Of a DNA stretch of 64,000 nucleotides, positions 49,593 through 59,022 are shown piece after piece. The stretch lies in the NCBI GenBank assembly GCA_965228875.1, contig OZ245843.1, positions 2,462,616 through 2,526,615 on the forward strand, given 5' to 3'. A program made the position numbers and the translations under genes. Positions within the stretch are counted from its first letter, which is position 1. Each line of letters opens with the position of its first letter. The DNA comes from Thalassobaculaceae bacterium (GTDB taxonomy: Bacteria > Pseudomonadota > Alphaproteobacteria > Thalassobaculales > Thalassobaculaceae). The notes below the pieces were generated by a model that worked only from the letters and a program-made list of their open reading frames with translations, was not told the origin of the DNA and made no database searches.

Positions 49593-49621
49593 TATATAGC
49601 GGCCGCGCATCGGCCTGTCCA
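49593..49621 (-). promoter_or_regulatory. Putative sigma-70 promoter of tRNA-Phe
   Basis: Minus strand reads TGGACA-N17-TATATA, ending 24 nt upstream of the tRNA. Confidence 0.6.
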
Positions 49622-49729
49622 GCACCTCCCGACAGCGATTTTTCGCTGCCGGGTCCGTTCCCTGCCGACCGGCCTCGCCCACCGTCCAGGCCGTTGATGT
49701 GGCATCGCCCGCCCCGTACATTGCCGGCC

Positions 49730-50941
49730 ATGCAGATCGCCGACGCCCTCCGCCTCGCCATCCGCCACTTCAACGCCGGACAGGCGGTGGAGGGGGCGGG
49801 CGTGTGCCAGGCGATCCTCGACGCGCAACCCGACAACCCGGTCGCCAACAGCCTCCTCGCCCGCGTCCATATGCGCGCCGGACGTCCGGCGGCGGCGCGC
49901 CCATTGGTCGACCGGGCGCTGCGGACGGCTCCGGACTATCCGGCCGCGCTGGAACTCGACGCCCGCCTGCGCGACGAGGCCGAGGGCGCGGACAGGACGG
50001 CGGTCGCCCGCGCCTATCGCCGGGCGCTGATCGCGGCTCCCGCGACGGCGGCCACCTGGTTCGCCTACGCCAACCTGATCCAGGGCGGTCTCGACGACCC
50101 GGCGGCCTCGCTTCCGGTCTACCGGCGGGCGCGAGCGACAGCTCCGGCGGACGATGCCGTCGCCATGAACCTGGCGACCGCGCGGCTGAAGCTCGACGCG
50201 CCCGACGCCGCCCTGAACCTGTGCGAGGAGACGCTGGCCCGGCGGCCGAACCATATCCGGGCCCAGGCGCTGAAGACCGCCGCCCTGTTCGACCTCGGCC
50301 GCCGCGACGAGGCGGAGGCGCTGATCGGCTTCGGCACCCTGGTCCGGGCGACAACCCTGCCGGTGCCTGCGGGCTTCGCCTCCCTGGAGACGTTCAACGC
50401 CGCCTTCGCCACCGCCATCCGCACGCACCCCTCGCGGCGCGACGACTACGATCCGACCAAGCGGGCGATCCGAGGCGGCTCGCTGGTGACGGACCTTCTG
50501 TCCCACGACGACCCGGCGATCCTCGGCTTCCATGCCGCCCTCGACACCGCCATCGCCGCCTACGGCCGCGACCTGCCGGCCCTGCCCGAGCATCCGCATA
50601 TCCGTGCCCGACCGACCGGCTACGCCCTCGACGTGTGGGGCAACATCCTGCGCGCCGAAGGCCACCAGGACGGCCACATCCACAATCTCGGCTGGCTTTC
50701 CGGCGTTTACTACGTCGAGGTCCCGCCGGAGGTGCGCGCCGACGATCCCGGACACCAGGGCTGGATCGAGTTCAACCGGCCGGGCTACGGCATTCCCGAC
50801 CGAGGCACCGCAAGCCGGCCCCGGGTCTGCCCGCAGGCCGGCATGATCGTGCTCTTCCCCTCCTACGTCTGGCACCACACCGTGCCGTTCGAGGGATCGG
50901 GCGAGCGCATTTCCGTGGCCTTCGACCTGCATCCGCGATGA
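49730..50941 (+). CDS. TPR-repeat protein with C-terminal putative 2OG-Fe(II) oxygenase domain (TIGR02466-like)
   Basis: Ala-rich TPR-like helices; 'WGNILRAEGHQDGHIHNLGWLSGVYYV', 'LFPSYVWHHTVPF', 'RISVAFD'. Confidence 0.85.
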   Translation: MQIADALRLAIRHFNAGQAVEGAGVCQAILDAQPDNPVANSLLARVHMRAGRPAAARPLVDRALRTAPDYPAALELDARLRDEAEGADRTAVARAYRRALIAAPATAATWFAYANLIQGGLDDPAASLPVYRRARATAPADDAVAMNLATARLKLDAPDAALNLCEETLARRPNHIRAQALKTAALFDLGRRDEAEALIGFGTLVRATTLPVPAGFASLETFNAAFATAIRTHPSRRDDYDPTKRAIRGGSLVTDLLSHDDPAILGFHAALDTAIAAYGRDLPALPEHPHIRARPTGYALDVWGNILRAEGHQDGHIHNLGWLSGVYYVEVPPEVRADDPGHQGWIEFNRPGYGIPDRGTASRPRVCPQAGMIVLFPSYVWHHTVPFEGSGERISVAFDLHPR

Positions 50942-52851
50942 GAAAACCCGCCTCGCCCCCGCTCGACGCCCAGCTCTCGGCGCGGCTTCAGCACGCCGGC
51001 ACCCTGTTCCATGCCGGCCGCCATCTCGAAGCGGCCGACGCGTTCCGCGAGGTCATCCGCCAACGCCCGAAGATGGCGGAACTGCACACCAATCTCGGTG
51101 TCGCGCTGAAGGCCGGCGGACGCCCGGAGGATGCGGTCCCCTGCTTCAAGCGGGCGATCCGGCTGCGCCCCGATTTTCTCGCCGCCCACACCAACCTGGC
51201 GGCGACCTGCACGGCGCTCGGCAAGCACCGCGCCGCCCTCGACCACACGATCGACGCCTGGCGCCTGGCACCGGATTCGCGCGAGGTGCGCGACGGCCTG
51301 ATCCGCGCCCTGCGGCGCTGTCCGTTCGACAAACCCCATGCCGGCGCCCGCCAGGTCCTGGCCGCCCTGCAGCAGGACCCGGACATCGACCAGCAGGGAC
51401 TGTACAATCCGGCGGTGCGGCTGTGGTCGAGCCATCCGGCCATCCGGCGGGCGCTGGAAGCGGCCCTCCACGGCTTCCCCGAGCGCGGCCCGGGGGCCGG
51501 GTTCAAGCCGATGACCGCCTTCCTGGCCGACGATCTCATCATTAACACGCTGTGCTGGACGGTGGTTTCCGGCCCCGCCCTGGAAGCGTGGCTGACACGG
51601 ACCCGGCGCGCCCTGCTCGATGCCGCGGTGAACGGCGAGCTCGACCGTCCGGATCCGCGCTGGCTCGCCGCCATCGCGGTCCAGGCACGGGCCTGCGAAT
51701 GGGTATGGTTCCACGACTCTGACGAACGCGACGATCTGATCGCACTGACCGATCTTGCCGCCGATACCGCCCTCGCGCCGTACCGGGCGCTGATCCGTGC
51801 CATGTACCTGCCGTTGGAGACCGACCCCGACGCCGCCGCCCTTGGCCGCGAGGCGGAGGCCCTCACCTATGACGCCAGCGGGCCGCGGGCCGAGTTGCTG
51901 CGCCGCTCCTTCGTTCACCCGCGCGTCGAGCGGAGGATCGCCGACGGCATGGGTTCGCTCACCGGATCGGCCGACACGGTGTCCCGCGCCGTCCGCGACC
52001 AGTACGAGGACAACCCGTATCCGCGCTGGCTGACCATCGATCGCCGGCCGCCCGTGCCCATCGCCCAGCACCTGTCGCGCAGCCTGGCACTGCAGGAACC
52101 CGTCCGGTGCGAGGCGGCGCTGCCCCGGGTCCTGATCGCCGGCTGCGGCACAGGCCGGCACGCGCTCCAGACCGCCATGCGCTACACCGATGTCGACGTG
52201 CTCGCCATCGACCTGTCCGTCGCCTCCCTCGCCTATGCCCGGCGCATGGCCGATGCGCTGAAGGTCCGCAACGTCACCTTCGCCCAGGGCGACATTCTTG
52301 AGCTTGGTAGCTATCCGGAGCGCTTCGACCTGATCGAGAGTTCCGGTGTGCTGCACCACCTGGACGAGCCGATGCGCGGCTGGCGGGTTCTGCGCAGCCT
52401 GCTGGCGCCGCGCGGCCTGATGCGTCTCGGCTTCTACAGCCGACGGGCACGTCAACCGCTCGAGGAGGTGCGCCGATCGGTGCCGGAAGGCGGCGGCGTG
52501 GAGGCGCGGGTGCAGGCGGCGCGACGCGCACTGTACGCCCTGCCGGAGGGCCACGACGCGCGCGAGTTGCTCAACTCGGCCGATTTCCACTCGACGTCCG
52601 GCCTGCGCGACCTGTTGCTGCACGTTCAGGAGACCTGCGTCGACCTCGACTGGATCGCAGAGGCGCTGAGCGGTCTCAACCTGCGATTTCTCGGCTTCGA
52701 ACTGCCGGATCCGGCGATCATGACGGAATACCGCCGGCGCAATCCCGGCGACCCGCAGGGGCTCGATCTCGCCGCATGGGACGCGTTCGAACTCGATCAC
52801 CCGAACCTGTTCCTGGGTATGTACCAGTTCTGGGCCCAGGCCGATGGGTAA
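50938..52851 (+). CDS. TPR-repeat protein with class I SAM-dependent methyltransferase domain
   Basis: ATG at 50938 (ATGA overlap); TPRs 'HTNLGVALK', 'HTNLAA'; 'QYEDNPYPRW', 'LIAGCGTG', 'IDLS..SLAYA', 'GVLHHL', 'MYQFW'. Confidence 0.87.
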   Translation: MRKPASPPLDAQLSARLQHAGTLFHAGRHLEAADAFREVIRQRPKMAELHTNLGVALKAGGRPEDAVPCFKRAIRLRPDFLAAHTNLAATCTALGKHRAALDHTIDAWRLAPDSREVRDGLIRALRRCPFDKPHAGARQVLAALQQDPDIDQQGLYNPAVRLWSSHPAIRRALEAALHGFPERGPGAGFKPMTAFLADDLIINTLCWTVVSGPALEAWLTRTRRALLDAAVNGELDRPDPRWLAAIAVQARACEWVWFHDSDERDDLIALTDLAADTALAPYRALIRAMYLPLETDPDAAALGREAEALTYDASGPRAELLRRSFVHPRVERRIADGMGSLTGSADTVSRAVRDQYEDNPYPRWLTIDRRPPVPIAQHLSRSLALQEPVRCEAALPRVLIAGCGTGRHALQTAMRYTDVDVLAIDLSVASLAYARRMADALKVRNVTFAQGDILELGSYPERFDLIESSGVLHHLDEPMRGWRVLRSLLAPRGLMRLGFYSRRARQPLEEVRRSVPEGGGVEARVQAARRALYALPEGHDARELLNSADFHSTSGLRDLLLHVQETCVDLDWIAEALSGLNLRFLGFELPDPAIMTEYRRRNPGDPQGLDLAAWDAFELDHPNLFLGMYQFWAQADG

Positions 52852-52881
52852 CGCCGATACCGGAGTATGGCCGGCGCGCGT

Positions 52882-53064
52882 CTATTCCTCGCCGCGTTCC
52901 AGTCGGGCGACCAGCGCATCGATCTCCGTCTCGTCCGGTACCTCCTCGCTCGGCACGCGATAGCTCTCGCCGAGCCAGCGGCCGAGATCCACCTGCTTGC
53001 ACCGCGCCGAGCAGAACGGCCGCGTCTCTGGGACGCTCGGCTTACCGCAGATCGGGCATTTCAT
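52882..53064 (-). CDS. yacG: DNA gyrase inhibitor YacG
   Basis: 'CPICGK...[19 protein letters not shown]'. Confidence 0.92.
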   Translation of the reverse strand: MKCPICGKPSVPETRPFCSARCKQVDLGRWLGESYRVPSEEVPDETEIDALVARLERGEE

Positions 53065-53112
53065 CCTGCGCGCCTTTCCGATCGGATGGACCTCTCCCAT
53101 TCCCCCTCGCCG

Positions 53113-54378
53113 TCAACCGTGGCCGTCGATCACCGCCTCGTCCGGACCGAGCGTCGCATCGGCGACCACGGTGAGCGCCCCGAGACGCCGGCGCTCGCCG
53201 GCCACGATAATCGCACCCGGTCCGTCGAGCCAACCGGCGACGTCCGGTGCCACCCGCAGCCGCGGCCGGGCGAGCCCTCCGACCTCGCGCCGAAGACGCT
53301 CGAGCGCGCTCCAGGCCCTGGCCCGCGGGGACAGACGACGCTCTCCGAGAGGGGTCAGCAGTTCCGCCGACAGCGGCCGGCGGGGCGCCTCGCGCAGGCA
53401 TTCGAGCATCCCACCGGGAGTCCAGCCGAGGATCTGCCAGACGGCCGGATCGTCGGCGACGGCGTCCTGCAGGGCCGCCGCCACCCGCTCCCGGTCCGCC
53501 CGCCCGCGCATACGCGGCGGATCGATCAGGATCGTGCCGCGCAGGCCGCGCAGTCGCGCACTCCCCGCAACTCCCGTCATGGCCTCGGCATTGGCCCGCA
53601 CCAGCGCCTCTCCGCGCGGCGACGCGGCGAGGTTCACATCGATCAGGGTCGCGGTCTCCGCCTCCTCGACCAGCAGGGTCGTGCCATCGCCGACCGCGAC
53701 CGTTCGGGAGAGCGCCCGGTCCAGCGCCTCGTCGCCGCCGGCCTCCCGGAAACCTGTCCCGTCCGCATCGGTGACGATCGTCGCCGCCGGCGCGTGCGCG
53801 GCGACCCGAGCCGTCAAATCCGGCGGGTCGAGCAGCCAGCACGGCGGCGCCTCCGAGGTCGCCCGTAGCCGCAACGCCTGCCAGAGGTCCACCAACCGGG
53901 CAGCCTCTTCGGCGATCTCCTCCGGCGGCCGCTCGGCGGCCACGCCGCGGACCAGCAACCCGATCCCATCCGGCAGGGCCGTCCGCACCGCCGCGCGGAT
54001 CGCCGCCCGCCGCCCCTTCGCCCGGATCGACGCGGCAATGGCGAGATCGGTCTGAAACGGTGTCAGGACAACCCCGTCGCCGGCCAGTTCGAGCCGGTGG
54101 CGCAACACCGACCGTTTGGCCCCGGCGCCGTCACGGACCACCTGAACGATCATCCGCTCGCCGTCGTTCGGGCGGGCGTCGCGGACGTAACCGTTACCCG
54201 ACGGCAGATCGACGACCGCCGCGCCACCGGCCGAGCGGGCTGTGACAAGGGCCACACCGCCGACCCGGCTCGGAGCATCGTCGCCCTCGACCCAGATCTC
54301 GACGGGAACGCCGGCGGCCAGGAACAGCACACGCGTGACGCCGGGAAGCGTCTGGATGATCGCGCGGTTGACGGTCAC
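53113..54378 (-). CDS. Ribonuclease E/G family protein (divergent, RNase G-sized)
   Basis: GTG at 54378 overlapping the maf stop; 'IVQVVRD', 'GLLVR', 'TLIDVN', 'LRGLRGTILID'; conserved position between maf and yacG. Confidence 0.75.
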   Translation of the reverse strand: MTVNRAIIQTLPGVTRVLFLAAGVPVEIWVEGDDAPSRVGGVALVTARSAGGAAVVDLPSGNGYVRDARPNDGERMIVQVVRDGAGAKRSVLRHRLELAGDGVVLTPFQTDLAIAASIRAKGRRAAIRAAVRTALPDGIGLLVRGVAAERPPEEIAEEAARLVDLWQALRLRATSEAPPCWLLDPPDLTARVAAHAPAATIVTDADGTGFREAGGDEALDRALSRTVAVGDGTTLLVEEAETATLIDVNLAASPRGEALVRANAEAMTGVAGSARLRGLRGTILIDPPRMRGRADRERVAAALQDAVADDPAVWQILGWTPGGMLECLREAPRRPLSAELLTPLGERRLSPRARAWSALERLRREVGGLARPRLRVAPDVAGWLDGPGAIIVAGERRRLGALTVVADATLGPDEAVIDGHG

Positions 54379-55004
54379 GGCCCGCCCGCCCGGCCCGCCT
54401 CGAAGGCGAAGCCGAGTCCGGCGAGCAGCGCGTAGGTCTCGGCCAGCGCCAGACCGACCACGTTGGAGTGGGATCCGTTGAGGAAGTCGACATAGGCCGC
54501 CGCCAGCCCCTGCACGGCATAGCCGCCGGCCTTTCCGGACCATTCGCCGGAGGCGATATAGGCGTCGGCTTCCGCCGCCGACAGCCGCTTGACGCCGACC
54601 CTGGTCTCGACGATGCGCTCGTGCGCGGTGCCGTCGGGTCCGAGCAGGCAGATGCCGCCGACCACCCGGTGACGCCGGCCGGACAGCAGGGCAAGGCACC
54701 GGCGCGCCTCGGCCTCCCGTTCGGCCTTGGGGAGAATGCGTCGCCCACAGGCGACGACGGTATCGGCGGCGAGCACGAAGGCACCCGGATGACGCGGTGC
54801 CACCGCCTCGGCCTTGGCGCGGGCGACCCGCGCGGCATAGGGGCGCGGCTTCTCTGCGGGAAATGGGGTCTCGTCCACGTCGGCCGGTTCCACGGCGTCG
54901 GGCGTGACGCCGATCTGCGCCAGAAGGGCAAGGCGGCGCGGCGACGCGGAGGCCAGAATGAACGAAGCGCCCGTCGGCGGGCGCAATACCAGCGGGGCGG
55001 TCAT
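54375..55004 (-). CDS. maf: Maf-family nucleoside triphosphate pyrophosphatase
   Basis: 'ILASASPRR', 'LAADTVV', 'KAGGYAVQG', 'SNVVGL'. Confidence 0.93.
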   Translation of the reverse strand: MTAPLVLRPPTGASFILASASPRRLALLAQIGVTPDAVEPADVDETPFPAEKPRPYAARVARAKAEAVAPRHPGAFVLAADTVVACGRRILPKAEREAEARRCLALLSGRRHRVVGGICLLGPDGTAHERIVETRVGVKRLSAAEADAYIASGEWSGKAGGYAVQGLAAAYVDFLNGSHSNVVGLALAETYALLAGLGFAFEAGRAGGP

Positions 55005-55026
55005 CTCTGGGACCGGCCCGGCGCGG

Positions 55027-55245
55027 CTACTTGAACCGGAAGGTGATCCGACCCTTGGTCAGGTCGTACGGGGTCATCTCGACGTTGACCCGGTCGCCGG
55101 CCAGCACGCGGATGCGGTTCTTGCGCATCTTGCCGCTGGTGTGGGCCAGAACTTCGTGGTCGTTGTCCAGTTTCACGCGGAACATCGCGTTCGGCAGCAG
55201 TTCGGCAACGGTGCCGGAAAACTCGATCATGTCTTCTTTCGCCAT
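55027..55245 (-). CDS. infA: Translation initiation factor IF-1
   Basis: [51 protein letters not shown]...; 72 aa, with AGGAG upstream. Confidence 0.98.
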   Translation of the reverse strand: MAKEDMIEFSGTVAELLPNAMFRVKLDNDHEVLAHTSGKMRKNRIRVLAGDRVNVEMTPYDLTKGRITFRFK

Positions 55246-55405
55246 CTTCACTCCTAGGCGCGGTTTTTGAGAGTGCTCTAAGTGCGGGTGCGGCCGCCAA
55301 AGGTCAAGTTGTTTTCCGGAGGGTGGCGGCGGCGATCACGGCGCAGTCCCTCCATCAGCAGGAGACCGTCGGCCGGATAACCTGATCCGCCCGCCACTCG
55401 GTTCC

Positions 55406-55443
55406 TTGACACTCAAGAAATAATGTAACATGACTTGTTACAT
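55406..55443 (+). promoter_or_regulatory. Promoter (-35 TTGACA) and palindromic operator of the Rrf2 gene
   Basis: TTGACA at 55406-55411; perfect inverted repeat ATGTAACA-N5-TGTTACAT at 55423-55443, overlapping the ATG. Confidence 0.75.
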
Positions 55444-55897
55444 GAAATCCGACAGCCGCCTTTCAGGGGTTCTCCACCTTCTCCTCCATATGGCCGATAG
55501 CGGCGAACCGATGACGTCGGACACGCTGGCCGCGATCATGCGCACCAATCCCGTCGTGGTCCGCCGGACGCTTGCGGGGCTGCGGCGGAGCGGGCTCGTG
55601 CGCTCGGAACGCGGCCATGGCGGCGGTTGGACGCTGGCCGCCGATCTGGAGCGGATCACGCTGCGCGACGTCCATGCCGCGCTCGGCGCTCCTCCTCTGT
55701 TCGCCATCGGCAACCGGCACGACGCGCCGGACTGTCTGCTGGAGCAGGCGGTCAACGCCGCGATCGACCGACCGTTGCGTCAGGCCGAAGACATGCTGCT
55801 TGCCGCATTTTCAGCGGTAAGTCTCGCCACTCTGCGCACGGACACCGCGCGACGCCTGGCTTCGCGTCGTCTGGAAACACCTGGTGAGGCATCATGA
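55442..55897 (+). CDS. Rrf2-family transcriptional regulator (single-Cys type)
   Basis: 'SRLSGVLHLLLHM...TSDTLA...TNPVVVRRTLAGLR..GLV.SERGHGGGWTL...ITLRDV...PDCLLEQAV'. Confidence 0.9.
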   Translation: MKSDSRLSGVLHLLLHMADSGEPMTSDTLAAIMRTNPVVVRRTLAGLRRSGLVRSERGHGGGWTLAADLERITLRDVHAALGAPPLFAIGNRHDAPDCLLEQAVNAAIDRPLRQAEDMLLAAFSAVSLATLRTDTARRLASRRLETPGEAS

Positions 55898-56601
55898 ACA
55901 CCTCGAGACCCGACATCACCGGACAGTTCATCGAACGCTTCTCGGACCCCGAGGCAACCAGGCTCTATGCCGATGGGGTCCGGCGCTTCGTTCCGGGCTT
56001 GGATGCTCTGCACCGGATGACCGGCGTCCTGCTCGCCGAGCGGGCCCCGCAGGATGCGCGCGTTCTGGTGCTTGGAGCCGGCGGCGGTCTCGAACTGAAG
56101 GCTCTCGCCGACGCCTACCCGCGATGGCACTTCGTCGGTGTCGATCCGGCGCGCGAGATGCTGCTTCAGGCCGAACGGGTGATCGGTGACGCCAAGGCCC
56201 GGGTCAGCCTCGTGGAAGGCTACATCGACGACGCACCGGCCGGACCGTTCGACGCGGCGGTCTGCCTGCTGACGCTCCATTTTCTCGCCGAGGACGATCG
56301 CCGCGAGACGGTGCGCGCGATCCACGCGCGTCTTCGTCCGGGCGCTCCTTTCGTCGCCGCCCATGGCAGCCTTCCCCAAGACCCCGATGAGCGCGCGATC
56401 TGGATGGATCGCTATGCCGCCTACGCGGTGGCCGCCGGCGCCGATCCGGAACTCGCACGGGGCGCGCGCGACGCCGTCGCCGCAAGCGACATCATGCTGT
56501 CGCCCGACGTCGACGCCGCCGTCCTTCGGTCCGGTGGCTTCGCGGGCGTGCAGGAGTTCTTCTGCGCCTTCACATGGCGCGGCTGGATCGGTCATGCGTG
56601 A
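55894..56601 (+). CDS. Class I SAM-dependent methyltransferase (CmoA-like)
   Basis: 'VLVLGAGGGLE', 'GVDPAREML', 'FDAAVCLLTLHF'; ATGA overlap with the Rrf2 gene. Confidence 0.87.
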   Translation: MNTSRPDITGQFIERFSDPEATRLYADGVRRFVPGLDALHRMTGVLLAERAPQDARVLVLGAGGGLELKALADAYPRWHFVGVDPAREMLLQAERVIGDAKARVSLVEGYIDDAPAGPFDAAVCLLTLHFLAEDDRRETVRAIHARLRPGAPFVAAHGSLPQDPDERAIWMDRYAAYAVAAGADPELARGARDAVAASDIMLSPDVDAAVLRSGGFAGVQEFFCAFTWRGWIGHA

Positions 56602-56735
56602 CGGTGGCGCACCGGATCGGATCCTGGAGCGCGGTCGCTCCGGATCGAAGCGATCGGAACCCTGATACTCTGTCTATTTCATTGAAAAACAACAAACTCA
56701 AACGACCAAGTGTTTCCAATGGATCGTGATTTCCG

Positions 56736-57191
56736 CTACGCGAGATAGGCGAAGCGCGCCTCGATCCGGTCGACCAGGGAGTCCCGAACGGCCCGATAGG
56801 CGTCGATCCGAACCGCCCGGCTGCCCTCGATCACGGTGGCGTCAAGGGTCGGCCAGTAGTCGATGTCGCAGGCCATGGTCCGGGTCAGCTCGATCGCGCG
56901 GTGCTGCGCCTCCGGCGACAGGGAGACGATCAGGTCGAAGAACCCGTCCTCAAGCATGTCGAAGCTCTTGGGGCGGTGGCGTTCCATGTCGATGCCGATC
57001 TCGGCCATCACCTCTATGACGAAGGGGTCGAGATCGCCGTGACGCACGCCGCAGGAGTCGACGTAGATGCGCGTCCCCGCCTTCGCCTTGAGAATGCCCT
57101 CGGCCATCGGCGAGCGCACGGCGTTCATGCTGCAGGCGAACAGCACCGCGCTCGGCTGGGCGATGCTCTCGAACGGATCGACCAGCGCCAC
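56736..57191 (-). CDS. Low-molecular-weight phosphatase / ArsC-like protein
   Basis: CX5R P-loop 'VLFACSMNAVRSPMAE'. Confidence 0.88.
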   Translation of the reverse strand: MALVDPFESIAQPSAVLFACSMNAVRSPMAEGILKAKAGTRIYVDSCGVRHGDLDPFVIEVMAEIGIDMERHRPKSFDMLEDGFFDLIVSLSPEAQHRAIELTRTMACDIDYWPTLDATVIEGSRAVRIDAYRAVRDSLVDRIEARFAYLA

Positions 57192-57196
57192 CGGCC

Positions 57197-57709
57197 TCAG
57201 CCCCGGATTTGCAGGACACAGAGCAGCGTGAACAGCCGCCGGGCGGTGTCGTGGTCGATGGCGATGCGGCCGTCGAGCCGCTCCCGCAGCAAACGAGACC
57301 CTTCGTTGTGCAACCCGCGCCGGCCCATGTCGATCGCCTCGATCTGCGACGGCGACAGGCGTTTGATGGCGTCGTAGTAGCTCTCGCAGATCTGGAAGTA
57401 GTCCTTCACCACCCGGCGGAACGGTCCGAGATGCAGGGCGACGGTGGTACCTGGATCCCCTCTGATGCTGCGCACGTCGAAGATCAGCCGGGGCCCCTCC
57501 ATGGAGAGGTGCAGATCATAGGGCCCCCGGCCGCCCTCCAACGGCTGGAAGCGATTGTCCTCCAGCAGATCGTAGACGGCGATGGCACGCTCCTGCTCGA
57601 CCTCGGGGCTGCGACGGATCACCGTCCGCTTGTCGAGGGAAATGTGCACGATGCGCGCGTTGTCGCCGGTGGGTTCCAGCGGCGCGCTGTCGGAGTCGTC
57701 GCCCGACAT
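57197..57709 (-). CDS. UPF0262 family protein
   Basis: 'EQERAIAVYDLLEDNRF', 'KDYFQICESYYDAI', 'IEAIDMGRRGLHNEG', 'ARRLFTL'. Confidence 0.9.
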   Translation of the reverse strand: MSGDDSDSAPLEPTGDNARIVHISLDKRTVIRRSPEVEQERAIAVYDLLEDNRFQPLEGGRGPYDLHLSMEGPRLIFDVRSIRGDPGTTVALHLGPFRRVVKDYFQICESYYDAIKRLSPSQIEAIDMGRRGLHNEGSRLLRERLDGRIAIDHDTARRLFTLLCVLQIRG

Positions 57710-57726
57710 GCGCCCTCCTTGGCTGT

Positions 57727-59022
57727 TCAGCGCCGGTTCAAGCGAACGGCGATCGATCGCGCGTGCGCGTCCAGGCCTTCCGTCTCCGCCAGTGTAATCG
57801 CCGCCGGACCGATGACGCCAAGCCCATCGGCGTCGGCCGCCACGGTGGTCGTCCGCTTCATGAAGTCGAGTACGCCCAAGCCCGAAGAGAACCGCGCGGT
57901 CCGCGCCGTCGGCAGGACGTGGTTCGGCCCAGCGACGTAATCGCCAACCGCCTCCGGCGTGAAGCGGCCGAGGAAGATCGCACCCGCATGGCGGATGCGG
58001 CGGGACAGGGCGTCGGGATCGGCGACGGCCAGTTCGAGATGCTCCGGAGCCAGCCGGTCGACCAGCGCCGGAACCTCGTCCATCGAGGCGGCGACGATCA
58101 CCGCCCCGTGGGTGCGCCAGCTCTCCGCCGCGATCTCGGTACGCGGCAGCGTCACCAGGTGATCCTCGACCGCCGCGATCACGGCCTCGGCGAAACCGGC
58201 ATCGTCGGTGATCAGGATCGCCTGGGCGGCGGTGTCGTGTTCGGCCTGGCTCAGCAGGTCGATGGCGATCCAGGACGGGTCGTTGTCGGCATCGGCGACC
58301 ACCAGGATTTCCGACGGGCCGGCGATGGAGTCGATGCCGACCTTGCCGAAAACCTGGCGCTTGGCGGCGGCGACATAGGCGTTGCCGGGGCCGACGATCT
58401 TGTCGACCCGGGCGATGCTTTCGGTGCCGTGGGCCAGCGCCGCCACCGCCTGCGCGCCACCGACGCGCCAGATCTCGGTTATGCCGGCGATGTGGGCCGC
58501 GGCCAGGACCATGTCGTTGACCACCCCGTCCGGCGTCGGCACCACCATGACCCTGCGCGGCACCCCTGCGACCTTGGCCGGAAGCGCGTTCATGAGCACC
58601 GAGGAGGGATAGGCGGCGGTCCCGCCCGGCACGTACAGGCCGGCGGCATCGATCGAGGTCCAGCGCAGGCCGAGCCGAAGTCCGGCGGCGTCCTCGACCT
58701 CAAAATCCTCCGGCAGCTGGCGGGCGTGGAAGCATTCGATCCGCTCGGCGGCCAGCTCCAGCGCGGCACGGGTCTTGGAATCGACGCGCCCGACCGCCGC
58801 CTGGACCTGGGCGGGTTCGATCGCCAAGCCGGTCTCGGCCGGGTCGAACCGGTCGAACCGCCGCGTGTAGTCGATCAGCGCTGCGTCGCCGTCGGTCGCG
58901 ACCTTGGCGATGATCGCGGCGACGACATCGCCGACCTCGGCCTCGGTCTCGCGCTTGGAATTGACCAGAGCCTCGAACGCCTCGGCGAAGCCGGCCTGAC
59001 CGGTCGCCAGCCTATGCCGCAC
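57727..59022 (-). CDS. hisD: Histidinol dehydrogenase
   Basis: 'GLYVPGG', '[10 protein letters not shown]', '[10 protein letters not shown]', 'IAGPSE', 'SQAEHD', 'APEHLEL', 'GPNHVLPT'. Confidence 0.97.
   Translation of the reverse strand: MRHRLATGQAGFAEAFEALVNSKRETEAEVGDVVAAIIAKVATDGDAALIDYTRRFDRFDPAETGLAIEPAQVQAAVGRVDSKTRAALELAAERIECFHARQLPEDFEVEDAAGLRLGLRWTSIDAAGLYVPGGTAAYPSSVLMNALPAKVAGVPRRVMVVPTPDGVVNDMVLAAAHIAGITEIWRVGGAQAVAALAHGTESIARVDKIVGPGNAYVAAAKRQVFGKVGIDSIAGPSEILVVADADNDPSWIAIDLLSQAEHDTAAQAILITDDAGFAEAVIAAVEDHLVTLPRTEIAAESWRTHGAVIVAASMDEVPALVDRLAPEHLELAVADPDALSRRIRHAGAIFLGRFTPEAVGDYVAGPNHVLPTARTARFSSGLGVLDFMKRTTTVAADADGLGVIGPAAITLAETEGLDAHARSIAVRLNRR

Noticed and set aside
49699..50937. 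N-terminal 413-aa extension of the 1050-aa ORF 49699..52851
   Set aside because: It overlaps the TPR-oxygenase gene in another frame and is low-complexity Arg/Pro-rich; the real start is most likely the ATG at 50938.
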